Part shown: piece after piece, positions 1-12,090 of the stretch
Numbering within the stretch: position 1 is the first letter of the stretch
Layout: each line of letters starts with the position of its first letter
The notes under the pieces: generated by a model
Database searches by the model: none
The model's input: only the letters and a program-made list of their open reading frames with translations
What the model was told of the DNA's origin: nothing
Translations under genes and position numbers: made by a program
Assembly: GCF_044704955.1 (NCBI RefSeq)
Contig: NC_091999.1
Coordinates: 16,120,001 to 16,184,000 of the forward strand
Direction: 5' to 3'
DNA length: 64,000 bases
Source: Pristiophorus japonicus
Lineage: Eukaryota

Positions 1-335
1 ACCCCCTCCAAAGCCAGTATATCCTTCCTTAAATAAGGCGACCAAAACTGCACGCAGTACTCCAGGTGCGGCCTCACCAATACCCTATACAGTTGCAGAA
101 GGACCTCCCTGCTTTTGTACTCCATCCCTCTCGCAATGAAGGCCAACATTCCATTCGCCTTCCTGATTACCTGCTGCACCTGCAAACTAACTTTTTGGGA
201 TTCATGCACAAGGACCCCCAGGTCCCTCTGCACCGCAGCATGTTGTAATTTCTCCCCATTCAAATAATATTCCCAATTTTTGTTTTTTTTCCCCAAGTGT
301 GGATGACCTCACACTTTCCGACATTGTATTCCATC
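1..335 (-). mobile_element. CR1 LINE ORF2 (RT C-terminal) fragment
   Basis: Minus strand reads the CR1 motif LYRVLVRPHLEYCVQFWSPY; sequence differs from the adjacent CR1, so probably another subfamily. Confidence 0.8.
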
Positions 336-3300
336 ATGGCTGAACATGCAACTTCAGTACCTCATTCCTACTTTCTCGCCATACCCCTTGATCCCCCTAG
401 CAGTAAGAACTACATCTAACTCCTTTTTGAATATATTGAGTGAATTGGCCTCAACAACTTTCTGTGGTGGAGAATTCCATAGTTTCGCCACTCTGAGTGA
501 AGAAGTTTCTCCTCATCTCTGTCGTAAGTGGCTTACCCCTTATCCTTAGACTGTGATCCCTGGTTCTGGACTTCCCCAACATTTTTGAACATTCTTCCTG
601 CATCTAACCTGTCTAAACCCGTCAGAATTTTAAACGTTTCTATGAGATCCCCTCTCATTCTTCTGAACTCCAGTGAATAGAAGCCCAGTTGATCCAATCT
701 TTCTTGATATGTCAGTCTCGCCATCCCGGGAATCAGTCTGGTGAACCTTCGCTGCACTCCATCAATAGCAAGAATGTCCTTCCTCAAGTTAGGAGACCAA
801 ACTGTACACAATACTCCAGTGTGGCCTCACCAAGGCCCTGTACACTGTAGTAACACATCCCTGCCCAGTACTCAAATCCCCCAGCTATGAAGGCTAACAT
901 GCCAGTAGCTTTCTTAACCGCCTGCTGTATCTGCATGCCAACCTTCAATGACTGATGTACCATGACACTCAGGACTCGTTGCACCTCCCCTTTTCCTAAT
1001 CTGTCACCATTCAGATAATTGTCTGTCTCTCTGTTTTTACCACCAAAGTGGATAACCTCACATTTATCCACATTATATTTCATCTGCCATGCATTTGCCC
1101 ACTCACCTAACCTATCCAAGTCACTCTGCAGCCTCATAGCATCCTCCTCGCAGCTCACACTGCCACCCAACTTAGTGTCATCCGCAAATGTGGAGATACT
1201 ACATTTAATCCCCTCGTCTAAATCATTAATGTACAATGTAAACAGATGGGGCCCCAGCACAGAACCTTGCGGTACCCCACTAGTCACTGCCTGCCATTCT
1301 GAAAAATATCCATTTACTCCTACTCTTTGCTTACTGTCTGCCAACCAGTTCTCAATCCACGTCAGCACACTATCGCCAATCCCATGTGCTTTAACTTTGT
1401 ACATTAATCTCTTGTGTGGGACCTTGTCGAAAGGCTTCTGAAAGTTCAAATACACCACATCAACTAGTTCTCCCTTGTCCACTCTACTGGAAACATCCCC
1501 AAAGAATTCCAGAAGATTTGTCAAGCATGATTTCCCTTTCACAAATCCATGCTGACTTGGACCTATCATGTCACCTCTTTCCAAATGCGCTGCTATGAAA
1601 TCCTTAATAATTGATTCCATCATTTTACCCACTATCGATGTCAGACTGACGGTTCGATAATTCCCTGTTCTCCCTCCCTCATTTTTTAAAAAGTGGGGTT
1701 ACGTTGGCTACCATCCACTCCTTAGGAACTGATCCAGAGTCTATGGAATGTTGGAAAATGACTGTCAATGCATCCGCTATTTCCAAGGCAACCTCCTTAC
1801 ATACTCTGGGATGCAATCCATCAGGCACTGGGGATTTATCGGCCTTCAATCCAATCAATGTGCCCAACCCAATTTCCCAACTAATAAGAATTTCCCTCAG
1901 TTCGTCCTTCTTACTAGACCCTCTGACCCCTTTGATATCCGGAAGGTTGTTTGTGTCCTCCTTAGTGAATACCGAACCAAAGTACTCGTTCAATTGTTCT
2001 GCGATTTCTTTGTTTCCCGTTATGACTACCCCTGATTCTGAGTGCAGGGGACCAACGTTTGCCTTTACTAATCTTTTTCTCATTACATATCGATAGAAGC
2101 TTTTGCAGTGCGTTTTAATGTTCCCTGCAAGCTTCTTCTCGTACTCTATTTTCCCTGCCCGAATCAAACCTTTTGTCCTCCTCTGCTGAGTGCTAAATTT
2201 AGCCCAGTCCCTGTGTTCGCTGCTATTTCTGGCCAATTTGCATGCCACTTCCTTGGCTTTAATACTGTCCCTGATTTCCCTTGATAGCCACGGTTGAGCC
2301 ACCTTCCCTTTTTATTTTTATGCCAGTCAGGGATGTACAATTGTTGTAGTTCATCGATGCAGTCTCTAAATGTCTGCCATTGCCCATCCACTGTCAACCC
2401 CTTAAGTATCATTCGCCAATCTATCCTAGCCAATTCACGCCTCATACCTTCAAAGTTACCCTTCTTTAAGTTCTGGACCATGGTCTCTGAATTAACTGTT
2501 TCATTCTCCATCCTAATGTCGAATTCCACCATATTATGGTCACTCTTCCCCAAGGGGCCTCACATTACACATTCCTCGCTCATTACACAACACCCAGTCT
2601 AAGATGGCCTCCCCCCTAGTTGGTTCCTCGACATATTGGTCCAGAAAACCATCCCTTATGCACTCCAGGAAATCCTCCTCCACCGTATTGTTTCCAGTTT
2701 GGTTAGCCCAATCTATATGCATATTAAAGTCACCCATGATAACTGCTGCACCTTAATTGCATGCACCCCTAATTTCCTGTTTGATGCCCTCCCCAACATC
2801 ACTACTATTGTTTGGAGGTCTGTACACAACTCCCACTAACGTTTTTTGCCATTTGGTGTTCTGCAGCTCTACCCATATAGATTCCACATCATCCAAGCTA
2901 ATGTCCTTCCTAACTATTGCATTAATCTCCTCTTTAACCAGCAATGCTACCCCACCTCCTTTTCCTTTTATTCTATCCTTCCTGAATGTTGAATACCCGT
3001 GGATGTTGAGTTCCCAGCCCTGATCATCCTGGAGCCACGTCTCTGTAATCCCAATCACACCATATCCGTTAACATCTATTTGCACAGTTAATTCATCCAT
3101 CTTTTTACGGATACTCCTTGCATTAAGACACAGAGCCTTCAGCTTTGTCTTTTTAACACACATTGTCCCTTTATAATTTTGCTGTAATGTGGCCCTTGGG
3201 ATTCTCTGCCCTCCACTTTTACTATTCTCCTTTCTCTCTTTTGCCTCTGTCTCCCTTTTATTTCCCTCTGCCTCCCTACATAGGTTCCCATCCCCCTGCC
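336..3300 (-). mobile_element. CR1 LINE, near full-length degraded ORF2 (endonuclease plus RT)
   Basis: Minus ORFs carry LNARSI, GITETWL, VYRPP and GDFN (APE endonuclease) and QHGF, SGVPQGSVLGP and FADDTK (RT); several frameshifts. Confidence 0.95.
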
Positions 3301-3680
3301 ATCTGAATTTGAAATTGAATCATGCTACTGATTCCAAGGGGATCTTTTACTTGGAGATTGTTTATTAATCCTGTCTCATTACACAGGACCAGATCTAAGA
3401 TAGCTTGCCCCCTGGTTGGTTCCGTTATATACTGTTCAAGGAACCCATCCCTTATGCACTCGATGAACTCTTCCTCAAGGCTACCTGACCAATTTGATTT
3501 GTCCAATCAATATGGAGATTAAAATTACCCATGATTATTGCTGTTCCCTTTTTACTAGCCCCCACTATTTCGTGGTTTATATTCTGACCAACAGAGTTGC
3601 TGCTGTTCGGGGGCCTATAGAATACACCCACCAAGTGACTTTTTCCCTTTATTATTCCTTATCTCCACCCAAACTGTTTC
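3301..3680 (-). mobile_element. Second CR1 endonuclease fragment
   Basis: ORFs 3276-3506 and 3452-3634 contain VFYRPPNS, MGNFN and PTRGQAILDLVLCN. Confidence 0.85.
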
Positions 3681-3864
3681 AGCACACAGCCGATTTAATC
3701 AACTGGTTCTCCTTAGATAATAAAGATCACATATATTTAATTGCAGTTCCAAACCTACAACAATACCAAAGATTTCTTAAAGAAAATAAAGTCACATATC
3801 CACCAGCCAATCACTTACCTGCTTGGCTGTGACGTCACACTTCGATTTCGATTTTTTTTCACTT

Positions 3865-4490
3865 TATGTTCCTGCTGCAGCTGGCCTCCTCCTGACTGCT
3901 GCCCTTTGTACTCCTGCGTCCGCACAGGTCTCGCGATGCTGGCCTCCTCCTCACTGCCGCCCTTTGTACTCCCGCGTCCGCACAGGTCTCGCGATGCTGG
4001 CCTCCTCCTGACTGCCGCTCTTTGTACTCCCGCGTCCGCACAGGTCTCGCGATGATGGCCTCCTCCTGACTGCCGCCCTTTGTACTCCCGCGTCCGCTCA
4101 GGTCTCGCGATGCTGGCCTCCTCCTGACTGCTGCCCTTTGTACTCCCGCGTCCGCTCAGGTCTCGCGATGCTGGCCTCCTCCTGACTGCTGCCCTTTTTA
4201 CTCCCGCGTCCGCTCAGGTCTCGCGATGCTGGCCTCCTGACTGCTGCCCTTTGTACTCCCGCGTCCGCTCAGGTCTCGCGATGCTGGCCTCCTCCTGACT
4301 GCTGCCCTTTGTACTCCCGCGTCCGCTCAGGTCTCGCGATGCTGGCCTCCTGACTGCTGCCCTTTGTACTCCCGCATCCAATCAAGTCTCGCGATGCTGG
4401 CCTCCTCCTGACTGCCGCTGCTCCAAGCTGCCACTACCCTTTGTACTCCCACGTTCGCTCAGGTCTCGCAATGCTGGTCTCCTCCCGACT
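3865..4490. repeat. About 58-bp CpG-rich minisatellite (about 10 units), possibly CR1 5' UTR repeats
   Basis: Unit gctggcctcctcctgactgctgccctttgtactcccgcgtccgctcaggtctcgcgat repeated in tandem, with 55-bp variants. Confidence 0.9.
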
Positions 4491-4614
4491 ATTCCACAGA
4501 AGCACGGGGTTTGTCTGCTTTTATTCATGAATTTAACAAGTCTATATTAAAAGGATGAATTTTAAAAATCTGCATTAAAATATGAGCCAGTGGGTTGTGA
4601 GCCCCAGAGCCTTG

Positions 4615-4966
4615 TGTCCACGGCAAACGAACCAAATGTGGGCAGCAGAAATGTTACAAGGACACCCTCACAGCTTCCCTGATAAAGTGCGACATCACCA
4701 CTGACACCTGGCAGTCCCTGGCCAAAGACTGCCCTGGATGGAGAAAGTGCATCCAGGAGGGCATTGAGTACTTTGAGTCTCAATGCCGAGAGCATGAAGA
4801 GGTCAAGTTCAGGCACGGAAGGAGTGTGCAGCAAACCTGTCCCGCCCACCAGTGACACAGTCTGTGGTTCTCGTATTGGACTGTTTAGCCACCAAATAAC
4901 TCACTTCAGGAGTGGAAGCAAGTCTTCCTCGATTCCGAAGGACTGCCTATGATGATGATGATGATG
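4615..4966 (+). mobile_element. RTE-clade (BovB-like) LINE 3' end
   Basis: Reads G.QKCYKDTLTASLIKCDI..DTWQSLAKD, the RTE ORF C-terminus, and ends in an (ATG)n tail. Confidence 0.75.
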
Positions 4967-5029
4967 TGTCCAAAAGGGCGCACAATAAAGGCCCATAGCC
5001 TCCCCTGGCCCCAGGCCCTGAACAAGGGA

Positions 5030-5595
5030 TTGCACAAGGTCGCGCCCTGTGGCTCAGACAATCAGTGGCACAAATCCCGCCCCTCGGGCTCCCCAATTGG
5101 TTGGAGGACCTGTCGCTGGCTCGTTCCTCCAACCCCGACCCGCTCGCTCCGCATTGGTTGGAAGCTCCCGTCAATCAGGCCCGGTCACATGTCCCTCGAG
5201 CTGCTCCGCCAAACTGGTGAAAACTGGTCTCGGGGACCCGGATGGGCGGCTCTCGGGTTTGGATTTCCCTTTATTCTCTCCCTATCCCCCCCGCTCCCCC
5301 GCGCAAGTCTCTACCCAATCGGAGTGGAGGAAAGTCGCTTTGCATCACCGCTCGAGGCACTTTAACGGACACAAACGCCTTTCCCCAGAAGGCGCCGCGC
5401 CGACTCCACACCACAGGATCCGAGTGCACAGGCGCAGCTCCGAGTGTGGGGGGGAGGAGGCGGTTGGTGTCCCCTGGGCATGCGCGACTATTACCGATGG
5501 CGATCGCGAGGGGGGCGCTGTGCCGGACGCTTTTCCCGGTGTGCATGCGCAGACTCTCGGCTGTCAATCACCAATCAGGCAGCTCAGCTGCTGGT
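5030..5595 (+). promoter_or_regulatory. CpG-island promoter and probable first exon of the zinc-finger gene
   Basis: CpG-dense; ATTGG/CCAAT boxes near 5096, 5153, 5315 and 5571; NRF1-type TGCATGCGCA near 5542; candidate donor ctg|gtgaga near 5593. Confidence 0.55.
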
Positions 5596-5744
5596 GAGAC
5601 CTGTGACATCATCGAATCCCTGACATTGACAGCACAGAAGGAGGCCATTCAGCCCACCGTGTCCCTGCCGGCTGGCACATAGCTCTGCAGCCTAATCCCA
5701 CTGTACAGCTCTTGGTCTGTAGCTCTGTAGGTTACGGCACAATA

Positions 5745-6170
5745 AAGAAAGCCGTACATTTATATAGCGCCTTTCACGAACACCGGACGTCACAAAGCTA
5801 TTCACAGAGAATGAAGTACTTTTGGAGTGTAGTCACTGTTGTAATGTGGGAAAGGCGGCAGCTAATTTGTGACCAGCAAACTCCCACAGACAGAAATGTG
5901 ATAAAGACCAGATAAACTGTTTTTGTTATTTTGATTAAAGGACAAATATTGGCCATGACGCCGGGGGTAGCTTCCCTCCTCTTTTTCGAAATAGTGCCAT
6001 GAGATCTTTTACGTCCACCAGAGAGAGAGTTGACCAGGCTTCGGTTTAAAGCCTCATCCGAAAGATGGCTCCTCCGACAGTGCAGTGACACTGGAGTGTC
6101 AGCGTAGATTTTTTGTGCTCAAGTCTCTGGAGTGGGACTTGAACCCACAACCTTCTGACTCACTGAGCCA
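5745..6170 (-). mobile_element. DeuSINE (SacSINE1/AmnSINE-like)
   Basis: tRNA-like head ggttgtgggttcaagtcccactccagagacttgagc, Deu core cactgtcggagg..ctttcggatgagg, tail aggcgctatataaatg. Confidence 0.75.
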
Positions 6171-6174
6171 CTCT

Positions 6175-6607
6175 ATCTAGGCCCGTCAAGTGCATATCCA
6201 AGTACTTTTAAATGTTATGAGGTTTTCTGCCGCTACCATCCTTTCAGGCAGTCAGTTCCAGACTCCCACCATCCTCTCGGTGAAAAGATTTCTCAAATCC
6301 CATCTAAACATTTCACCAATTACTTTAAATCTATGCACCCCCAGCGATTGACCCTCTGCTAAGGGAAATAGATCCTTCCTATCTACTCTATCTAGGCCCC
6401 TCATAATTTTATACACCTCAATGAGGTCTCCCCTCAGCGTCCTCTTTTCCTAAACAAACAACCCCAGTCTATCCAATCTGTCCTCATAGCTAAAATTCTC
6501 AAGTCCAGGCAACATCCTCGTAAATCTTTGTACCCTGAGTGGTGCAATCACATCTTTCTTGTAATGTGGTGACCAGAACTGCACACAGTACTCTAGCTGT
6601 GGCCTAA
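6175..6607 (-). mobile_element. CR1 3' fragment
   Basis: LVRPQLEYCVQFWSP motif at about 6570-6607 on the minus strand, followed by CR1 3' sequence. Confidence 0.75.
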
Positions 6608-6611
6608 CTAG

Positions 6612-6880
6612 AACCTAGCCAGAGTCAGCACCTTCAGGGGAGGGGAACCAGTGAGTGTAGAAATGAAACCAGCCAGAGTCAGCACCTTCAGGGAAGGAGA
6701 GGGAGGGGAACCATTGAGTGTAGAACTGAATCCAACCAGTGTCAGCACCTTCAGGAGAGGAGAGGGAGAGGAACCATTGAGTGTAGAACTGAATCCAACC
6801 AGTGTCAGCACCTTCAGGGGAGGAGAGGGAGAGGACCCAGTGAATGTAGAACTGAACCCAGCCAGAGTCAATACCTTCAG
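6612..6880. repeat. 54-63-bp tandem repeat ccagtgagtgtagaactgaacccagccagagtcagcaccttcaggggagg
   Basis: About 5 units; same family as 11715-12090. Confidence 0.9.
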
Positions 6881-6967
6881 CAAGAAGGAAAAAATATTGG
6901 CAATGATGTAATGGGTTTGGATTTCAACATGGGGAGTAGGGATGACTTTTGTAAACTCCTTTTTCAG

Positions 6968-8116
6968 GGGATTAGAAGGGGAAGATTTGCAGATGGGAAA
7001 CTGGAACCAAACATCACCAAGATCTCACAGAGTCACTTGATCCACCGCAACATGAATATCATTGGCCTTTGAATGTGGAAGGAGAAATGTTTGTCTCTTC
7101 TGCCTGCAGGCAAATATTCCAAACATCAGTGTGACTGCAAAAGCACTGAGACACACACAGCCGAGTGAGAGTGTTCCATGGCACTGCCTTTGGAAAGAGC
7201 TTTAACCAGTTACACAGCCTGAAAAAACATCGCACCATTCACAGCGCAGAGAATTTGTAAACGTATTGTGTGTGGGCGAGGCTTCAACTGATCATCCAAT
7301 CTGGAGAGATACCAGCAGCATGGAGAAACCGTGGGAATGTGGAGACTGTGGGAAGGGATTCAGTTACCCGTTCTGAGCTGGAAATTCACAAGCGCATTCA
7401 CACTGGGGAGAGGCTGTTCACCTGTTCAGAGTATGGGAAAGGATTCACTCAGCCATCCCACCTGCTGAGACACCAGCGAATACATACCGGGGAGAGGCCG
7501 TTCATCTGCTCCATGTGTGGGAAGGGATTCAGTGATTCATCCAGCCTACTGGCACACCAGCCAGTTCACACTGGGGAGTGGCCATTCACCTGTGTCCGTG
7601 TGTGGGAAGGGATTCACTTGTTCATCCAACCTACTGGCACACCAACTTGTTCACACCAATAAGAAACCGTTTAAATGTTCTGACTGTGAGAAGAGCTTTA
7701 AAACCAGAAATGATCTGAGGAAACACCAATGCACTCACACTGGGGAGAGGCCGTTCACCTGCTCCGTCTGTGGGAAGCGATTTACTGCTCCATACAACCT
7801 GCTGACACACCAGCGAGTTCACATTGGGGAGAGGCCGTTCACTTGCTCAGAGTGTGGGAAGCGATTCACTCAGAAATCCAACCTGCTGACACACCAGCGG
7901 GTTCGCACTGAGGAGAGGCCATTCACATGTTCCATCTGTTGGAAGGGATTCACTGCCCCATACAACCTGCTGAGACACCTGCGAGTTCACAAGTGACTGC
8001 AGGGTTGGATTCTGCTGTGAATCACATCAGGACTGAATCGTGTTCATTCTGACAGTCGGGCTGTGTTTCCCCTGTAACTGGGCTGGATTTAATGTTCTGG
8101 ATATCTGACAAATAAA
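6968..8116 (+). pseudogene. Tandem C2H2 zinc-finger gene, last exon, frameshifted
   Basis: Acceptor ttttcag at 6967; ATG at 7320 ([14 protein letters not shown]) hits TGA after a +1 insertion near 7371; second frameshift near 7593; about 8 fingers with TGERP linkers to stop 7996; C>Y and H>R ligand losses; three decayed fingers upstream; AATAAA at 8111. Confidence 0.88.
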
Positions 8117-8249
8117 TCAGCTTTGGTTCCAACACACAGTGTGTCGATTCCTTGAATTCTCCAATATAAGAAGAGACTAATTGTTGTACTGTTACTAACT
8201 GTTCCTTTTTTGGAACTTTTCTCCTTCATTTAACAAAGACCTGTCCTTA

Positions 8250-8485
8250 TGCAGCACCTCACATGACCTCAAAGTGCTTTACAGCCAATGAAGTGCAACA
8301 ACACCAAAGTACATTTGAAGTGCATTCACTGTTGTAGTATAGGAAATGCAGCAGATGATTTGCACACAGCAAGCTGCCATGAACAGCAATGGCCAGAGAA
8401 TCTGTTTGAGTGATATTGGTTGAGAGCTGATGGGGCCTCGGTTGAACGACTCATCTGAAAGATGGCAACACTGACAGTGCAGCAA
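8250..8485 (-). mobile_element. DeuSINE fragment
   Basis: Homologous to 5745-6100. Confidence 0.6.
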
Positions 8486-8489
8486 TCCT

Positions 8490-8780
8490 GTGCAGTACCT
8501 GTCCTGGGAGTGTTTGATGGGACAGTGTAGAGGGAGCTTTACTCTGTATCTAACCCGTTCTGTACCTGCCCTGGGAGTGTTTGATGGGACAGTGTAGAGG
8601 TAGCTTTACACTGTATCTAACCAGTACTGTACCTGCCCTGGGCGTTTTGATGATACCGTGTAGAGAGAGCTTTACTCTGTATCTAACCCGTGCTGTACCT
8701 GCCCTGGGAGTGTTTGTTGGGAAAGTGTAGAGAGACCTTTACTCTGTATCTAACCCCGTGCTTTACCTGCCCTGGAAGTG
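8490..8780. repeat. 67-bp satellite (ctgtacctgccctgggagtgtttgatgggacagtgtagagggagctttactctgtatctaacccgtg)
   Basis: 4-5 tandem units; the same family recurs at 23905, 35220, 46540 and 54905. Confidence 0.9.
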
Positions 8781-10064
8781 CTTTAGGCAGACACAAGGTG
8801 CTCAGAATGACCCATTCCCAAACACTGACATCCATCACATCGATGAGAACATCATTTAACCCAAAGATAAGGAAAACCCATCGGTTCCTCCCCTGGACAC
8901 AGATCCGGAGGGACAGTGAGTCTCCCGAACATTGTTGTACAGTGTGTTCGATAGCTCACCCCTGGGTCTGAGCCTTTTAGTGATGATTTGAATTTGATGC
9001 CCTCGAGTTGCTGACTCACCGACTGGTATAAATAGTTTTTCCTCACTTACCGATCAAACTTTGAACACCTCCCTCAGATCTCCAATGACCCTTTGGTATA
9101 ATGAAAAGAGTTCCAGTTTCTCCAATCTGCCCTGATAACTAAAGCCTCTCTTCCCTGGTATCATCTCAGTGAATCTCTCTGCACCCTCTCCATGGCCTCG
9201 ATATCCTTACTGGTGTAAGATCCCCAAAACCTGACACAATACTCGAACTGCAGCCTAACCAATGATTTGTGCACGTTTACATGACCTCTGCCCTTTTGTA
9301 CTACACAGCCCTATTTATAAACCATAGGACCCTTTGTGCTTCTTTAACCACGTTATCAACATAAAATGGCTAAAATACATTGACTTTGACTTAAATGTGC
9401 ATCATGGGAAAGATAAGTTTAGTCTGAGTTAGAAACTCAAACAATCGATTCACTGCAGACAGGTCACCATGGCAACACTGATAAGACATTCCATTCACTG
9501 AATCCACAGTTGCAATCTGTAATCAGATCAGGGAAAAGAACAGGGTTTGTCTGTGAGTAACCAGAATGTAAGCTTAAACCAGAGTGAGTAACACAATAGA
9601 TTAGAATATAACGCGTGATGCTTATACCTATAATTGTGAAACTATAAGAACTAACAACTAACAGCAGGCAGGGGAGTTTAGGGATAATGAGAAAATTATT
9701 GAAGAAAAGTAACTGCTGGGAACCAGGGAAAGTGTCCTTGTAAATCACGGATTAGAGACGTTCTAGCTGTCTTTTCCTCGTATCCTGCCCAAACCCAGCA
9801 GACAAGTCAAAGAAGAGTCCAGTGCCAGAGATGGACCAGTGCAGGGCATAAAAGTGAGGGGTGACTGATGTACGAGGGCAGTGGGGACTAGAGACACCGG
9901 AGATCAAGCTCAGGGCACCCGAGGTACCATCCAGCGGGCTGACCTGGTGTCAGTTACTGTGGACACGCGGGACTTGCATCTTTACTCTGATGTGGTAGAG
10001 CACAGAGAATCTGCTCAAATTACAGTTCTTAAAATCTTAATGTTTCTAATAATAATCATTGAAT

Positions 10065-10785
10065 ATATTTAAGGTGGAGATAGACATATTTTTGAGCGAT
10101 CAGGGAGTGAAGGGTTATGGGCAGCGGGCAAGGAAGTTGATTAGAGGCCAGGATCAGATCAGCCATGATCTTATTGAATGACGGAGCAGACTCGAGGAGC
10201 CAGATGGCCTACTCCTGCTCCTATTTCTTATGTTCTTGTGTTCTAACACTCGTCTCTCGATCCTCAATAAGACATGGAATTAGCTGGAATCCTACAATCC
10301 TAAATCTCTCTGATCCTCTACTCCATTGAAAGTTTTACCATTTAATATACATTTCCTCCCTTTTTTCTTCCTCCCGAAATCTATCGCAGCACATTTCTCT
10401 GCATTAACTTTCATTTCACATCTACCTGCCCAATTATTAACCTGTGTATTGACAATGAAGGCACTTAAAGTCCTCTTCACAGTTAGCCATGGACCCTTTT
10501 TGGTGTTCCCTGGAGATTTTGATTGTGTGCCCCATATACCCAAGCCCAGATCATTTCTCTATATTGAGCAGAGCAATGGTTCCAACACTGACTCTGGGCT
10601 CACCACTGTTTACATCCCCCCAGTCTGAAGAACCTCCATTAACCGCCACTCTCTGTTTTCTGCCCTTGACCCAACTTCCTCTCCACGCTGCCACACTCCC
10701 TTTAATACTGCGAGCATTAATTTGGTCAACAAGCCTCCTGTCCGGCATCTTATCAAACACCTTTTGACAATCCATCTACACAACA
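10065..10785. mobile_element. CR1 fragments (plus-strand 3' end 10065-10240; minus-strand RT fragment 10270-10785)
   Basis: 3' tail ggcctactcctgctcctatttcttatgttctt; minus-strand D.QKVFDKMP and RKQRV motifs. Confidence 0.7.
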
Positions 10786-11044
10786 TTTATTTCCTTTCTC
10801 ACTGCACTGTGTGATTTTCTGAAACCCTGCTGCCTGTCCTGAATGAATCCATTTCACTAACAGATGATGCAATGTTTACTCCACCCCACAGGGTTCAATC
10901 TGTTTAAGCCACAACACAAAATCCCGATTCCTCCTGGAGCTTAAGAGACAACACGCCGCATTATCTGCTGCACCACAACCACCCGCCAGTTTCAGACACA
11001 GACTCTGGGACCAGCAGGAAGTGCTGGGAAATCCCCAACGAGTT

Positions 11045-11520
11045 AGAGAGTGTCTATAATGGAGGAGAAATGGGGAGTGGTCAGGGAGTGTCTGTAAATG
11101 GAGGAGAAATAGCAACTGGTCAGGGAGCGTCCGTAAATGGAGAAATGGGGACTGGTCAGGGAGCATCTGTAAATGGAGGAGGTATGGGGACTGATCAGGG
11201 AGTGTCTGTAAATGGAGGAGAAATGAGGACCGGTCAGGGAGTGTCTGTAAATGGAGGAGAAATGAGGACCGGTCAGGGAGTGTCTTTAAATGGAGGAGAA
11301 ATGAGGACCGGTCATGGAGTGTCTGTTAATGGAGAAATGGGGACCTGTTAGGGAGCGTCTGTAAATGGAGGAGAAATGGGGACTGGTCTGGAAGCATCTG
11401 TAAATTTGGGAGAAATGGGGACTGGACAGGGAGTGTCCGTAAATGGAGAAATGGGTACCGATCAGGGAGCGTTTGCAAATGGAGGGAAAATGGGAATTGT
11501 TCAGGGAGCGTCTGTAAATT
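11045..11520. repeat. About 39-bp tandem repeat (gggagtgtctgtaaatggaggagaaatggggactggtca)
   Basis: About 12 units, with 36-bp variants. Confidence 0.9.
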
Positions 11521-11714
11521 AAGTAGAAATTACTATTTTTAGTGAACAAATGTATAATTTCCCGTGTCCCAGCTCCTGTAAATACTGGCCGTAAAGGGAT
11601 CGAATCCTCAGGAGGCTCAACACTGCTGGCTGTTCATGAGTCAGTGATCTAGCATCACATTCATGGGCTTCTGCTGTGTATATTTAATAAAGTGTCAGGA
11701 GCATTTCACAAACA

Positions 11715-12090
11715 GTGAGGAACCAGTGAGTGTAGAACTGAACCCAGCCAGAGTCAGTACCTTCAGCGGAGGGGAACCAGTGAGTGTAGAACTCAACCCA
11801 GCTAGAGTCAGCACTTCAGTAGAGGGGTACCAGTGAGTGTAGAACTGAACCCAGCCAGAGTCAGTACCTTCAGGGGAAGGGAACTAGTGAGAGTAGAACT
11901 GAACCCAGCCAGAGTCAGTACCTTCAGGGGAAGGGAACCAGTGAGTGTAGAACTGAACCCAGCCAGAGTCAGTACATTCAGGGGAGGGGAGCCAGTGACT
12001 GTAAAACTGAACCCAGCCAGAGTCAGCACCTTCAGGGGAAGGGAACGAGTGAGAGTAGAACTGAACCCAGCCAGAGTCAGTACCTTCAGG
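11715..12090. repeat. 54-bp tandem repeat, same family as 6612-6880
   Basis: About 7 units. Confidence 0.9.

Noticed and set aside
3865-4490. CRISPR-like array
   Set aside because: No unique spacers and a eukaryotic context; these are plain tandem repeats
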